From Octopus sinensis (lineage: Eukaryota), in NCBI RefSeq assembly GCF_006345805.1, contig NW_021823712.1:1-21362 (forward strand): a stretch of 21,362 bases of DNA. Direction: 5' to 3'. This document shows, piece by piece, positions 19,197 through 21,362 of the stretch (its first letter is position 1; each line of letters begins with the position of its first letter). The translations under genes were made by a program, and so were the position numbers. The notes below the pieces were generated by a model. The model had not been told where the DNA came from. It made no database searches and was given only the letters and a program-made list of their open reading frames with translations.

Positions 19197-19582
19197 CATC
19201 ATCATCATCATCATCATCATCGTTTAACGTCCATTTTCCATGCTAGCATGGTTGGACGGTTCAACTGGGGTTTGGGGAGCCAGTAGGCTGCGCCAGGCCC
19301 AGTCTGATCTAACAGTGTTTCTACAGCTGGATGCCCTTCCTAATGCCAACCACTCCGTGAGTGGAGTGGGTGCTTTTTACGTGCCACCTGCACAGATGCC
19401 AGACGAATATATATACATACACACACAACTGGCTTCTTTCAGTTTCCATCTACCAAATCATCTCACAAGGCTTCAGTCGGCCCGAGGTTATAGCAGAAGA
19501 CACTTTCCCAAGTACCACACAGTGGGACTGAACCTGGAACCATGTGGTTGGGAAGCAAGCTTCTTACCACACAGCCACACCT
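18690..19582 (-). mobile_element. Family D SINE split by a (TA)n expansion and a nested family C element
   Basis: Head at 19428-19582, tail at about 18770-18950 with an extra tail fragment at about 18690-18765. Between them lie (TA)n at 18950-19195 and a family C element at 19222-19395 with a (CAT)n tail. Confidence 0.7.
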
Positions 19583-19706
19583 GCACACACACACACCACA
19601 CACACACACACACACAAACACACGATGGATTCTCTCGTCATGAACAACAAATGTGAGTTCAGTAAAATTAACTGTTAATCATGTTCTCTGGACACGAATG
19701 TCGATA

Positions 19707-20073
19707 GTCGATTAGATTAACCCCAGTATGCAACTGGTACTTAATCTATCGACCCCGAAAGGATGAAAGGCAAAGTCGACTTCAGTGGAATTTGAATTCG
19801 GAACAGAAAGACAGACAAAATACCTATTTCTTTATTACCCACAAGGGGCTAAACACAGAGGGGACAGACATAGGTATTAAGTCGATTACATCGACCCCAG
19901 TGCATAACTGGTACTTAATTTATCGACCCCGAAAGGATGAAAGGCAAAGTCGACTTCAGTGGAATTTGAACTCAGAACGGAAAGACAGACAAAATACCGC
20001 TAAGTATTTCGCCCCAGTTTGCTAACGTTTCTGATTTCTTTATTACCCACAAGGGGCCAACATAGAGGGGGAC
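19707..20073 (-). mobile_element. Head-to-tail concatemer of partial family B SINEs (period about 174 bp)
   Basis: GTCGATT...GACCCCGAAAGGATGAAAGGCAAAGTCGACTTCAGTGG starts at 19707 and again at 19881. Confidence 0.85.
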
Positions 20074-20079
20074 AATACA

Positions 20080-20590
20080 TCATGATTTGGGGTCATGAGA
20101 AACGAATGGAGATTACATAAAAAGGATCTTTAAAAATTTACACAAAATCGAAGAAATCGGATGAAATACAATTTTACAGCACAACATAAAATGACACATG
20201 AAGTGGGACCACCAGGATTGCCGACCCCACGAGCCCTGCTTTTCCCCACTGAAACTCGGCAGCTAACTCATAGCGTGCTCATGTGGCCACTTTCACTCGC
20301 AGCAATCGTGTGACATGCTTCCATCTTTTTTCGAACTCACGCACAGACAGACACCTTTTCTCCAGCTCCACCTTTCTTTTTAGGTGGAACTTAAAAAAGT
20401 TCACCCAGGCGGGGCCAGAGATCATGGTGCCTATCTTTACATCTTTCGTTCTAGTCTTCCTTATACACTCCTTCGCTACTGTAATGAGAAAGCAACGCTT
20501 ACCTTCACTCGTCAAAAAACTGGGCGAGTCAATTTTTATAATTGTCTCAGCCGATAGCTGTACTCTTCTTCCGTCTGACAACAGATGCAC
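20080..20590 (-). mobile_element. Probable 3' end of an L1/Tx1-like LINE (ORF2 C-terminus and 3' UTR)
   Basis: LITVAKECIRKTR...FFKFHLKRKVELEKRCLSVREFEKRW* resembles the Tx1-type LxxAKxxIWKxR...FxxRW C-terminus. No RT core is present. Confidence 0.5.
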
Positions 20591-20635
20591 CTATTGTATT
20601 ATCTTTATATATGTGTGTGTGTGTATTTATATATG

Positions 20636-20866
20636 TTTCTGTACTACCCACAAGGGGGCTAAACACAGAGAGGACAAACAAAGACAGACAAACGGATTAA
20701 GTCGATTACATCGACCCCAGTGCGTAACTGGTACTTACTTTATCGACCCCGAAAGGATGAAAGGCAAAGTCGACCTCGGCGGAATTTGAACTCACAACGT
20801 AGCAGCAGACGAAATACGGCTACGCATTTCGCCCGGCGTGCTAACGTTTCTGCCAGCTCGCCGCCT
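20636..20866 (-). mobile_element. tRNA-derived SINE (family B), intact-looking
   Basis: Minus strand GGCGGCGAGCTGGCAGAAACGTTAGCACGCC...GTGAGTTCAAATTCCGCC. A degenerate family D head follows at 20887-21020. Confidence 0.88.
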
Positions 20867-21129
20867 TAATGTGTGTATTTATATATGATGGGCTTCTTTC
20901 AGTTTCCATGTACCATATTCATTCCCAAGGTTTTGCAGAAGACACTCGTACAAGCTACCGGGCTATGGGACTGAACCAGAAATCTATGGACTTAGGAAGG
21001 AGACTTCTTAACCACACACCTATACCCTCCACTTCCCATAACAAAGCTGCAGGTCTCCCCTGGGGTGCCACAGAAGAAATTAAAGGGGGTGGGGTAGAAG
21101 ATGAGGGGGTTTTGTTTTTTTAAACTTAC

Positions 21130-21311
21130 GTGGCTTTGCCCTCCCTCAAGAAGAGGCAGGAAAGGGTCAGGTGCAGGCTGGCCTCCTTCACTTTCTTGCT
21201 GGTCGGTTTTAACTGGAGGGTGATGGAGTTCTGTGACGGAATATGGGTGGCGAAGTGCGTCATGTTGATGGGTTTCGATGCCAGAATCTTCCGACGACCG
21301 TTTCTGCTGAT
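21130..21311 (-). CDS. EHBP1: EHBP1 coding exon, C-terminal part of the NT-C2 (EEIG1/EHBP1) domain
   Basis: Reads ISRNGRRKILASKPINMTHFATHIPSQNSITLQLKPTSKKVKEASLHLTLSCLFLREGKA(T). This matches the EHBP1 pattern ESPSGRRKALA...INM...LSCIFLREGKAT. Acceptor is a pyrimidine tract then AAG|ATC; donor is AC|GTAAGT. 182 nt, phase 0 to 2. Not in the ORF track. Confidence 0.93.
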
Positions 21312-21362
21312 CTTTAGTGGCGAAGGCGAGGCCGGAGATGAAGAAGAAAAAAAAGAAGAATA

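Overview
AT-rich, microsatellite- and SINE-dense animal genomic DNA. The repeat families look like those of Octopus (coleoid cephalopod); this is recognition, not a database result. The window holds the middle of one minus-strand gene, an EHBP1 orthologue (EH-domain-binding protein 1). Ten coding exons can be joined by GT-AG sites and phases: 21130-21311, 18361-18545, 16427-16901, 15338-15550, 13683-13749, 13239-13411, 11268-11316, 8218-9244, 7486-7564 and 5340-5480. They encode the end of the NT-C2 domain, five NPF motifs, a duplicated Pro-rich motif, the CH domain, a sixth NPF and the first coiled-coil. The 5' exons and the bMERB/CaaX end were not found here. One exon has an apparent 1-nt frameshift. 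The introns contain tRNA-SINEs, CR1-, RTE- and Tx1-like LINE fragments, a Helitron, a hAT MITE, minisatellites and a 1.6-kb homopurine tract. The most unusual non-coding signals are a complete type I hammerhead-ribozyme architecture (G5A variant) inside a 225-nt foldback element, and several long intronic inverted repeats. No prokaryotic system or CRISPR array is present, and most ORF-track entries are microsatellite artefacts.
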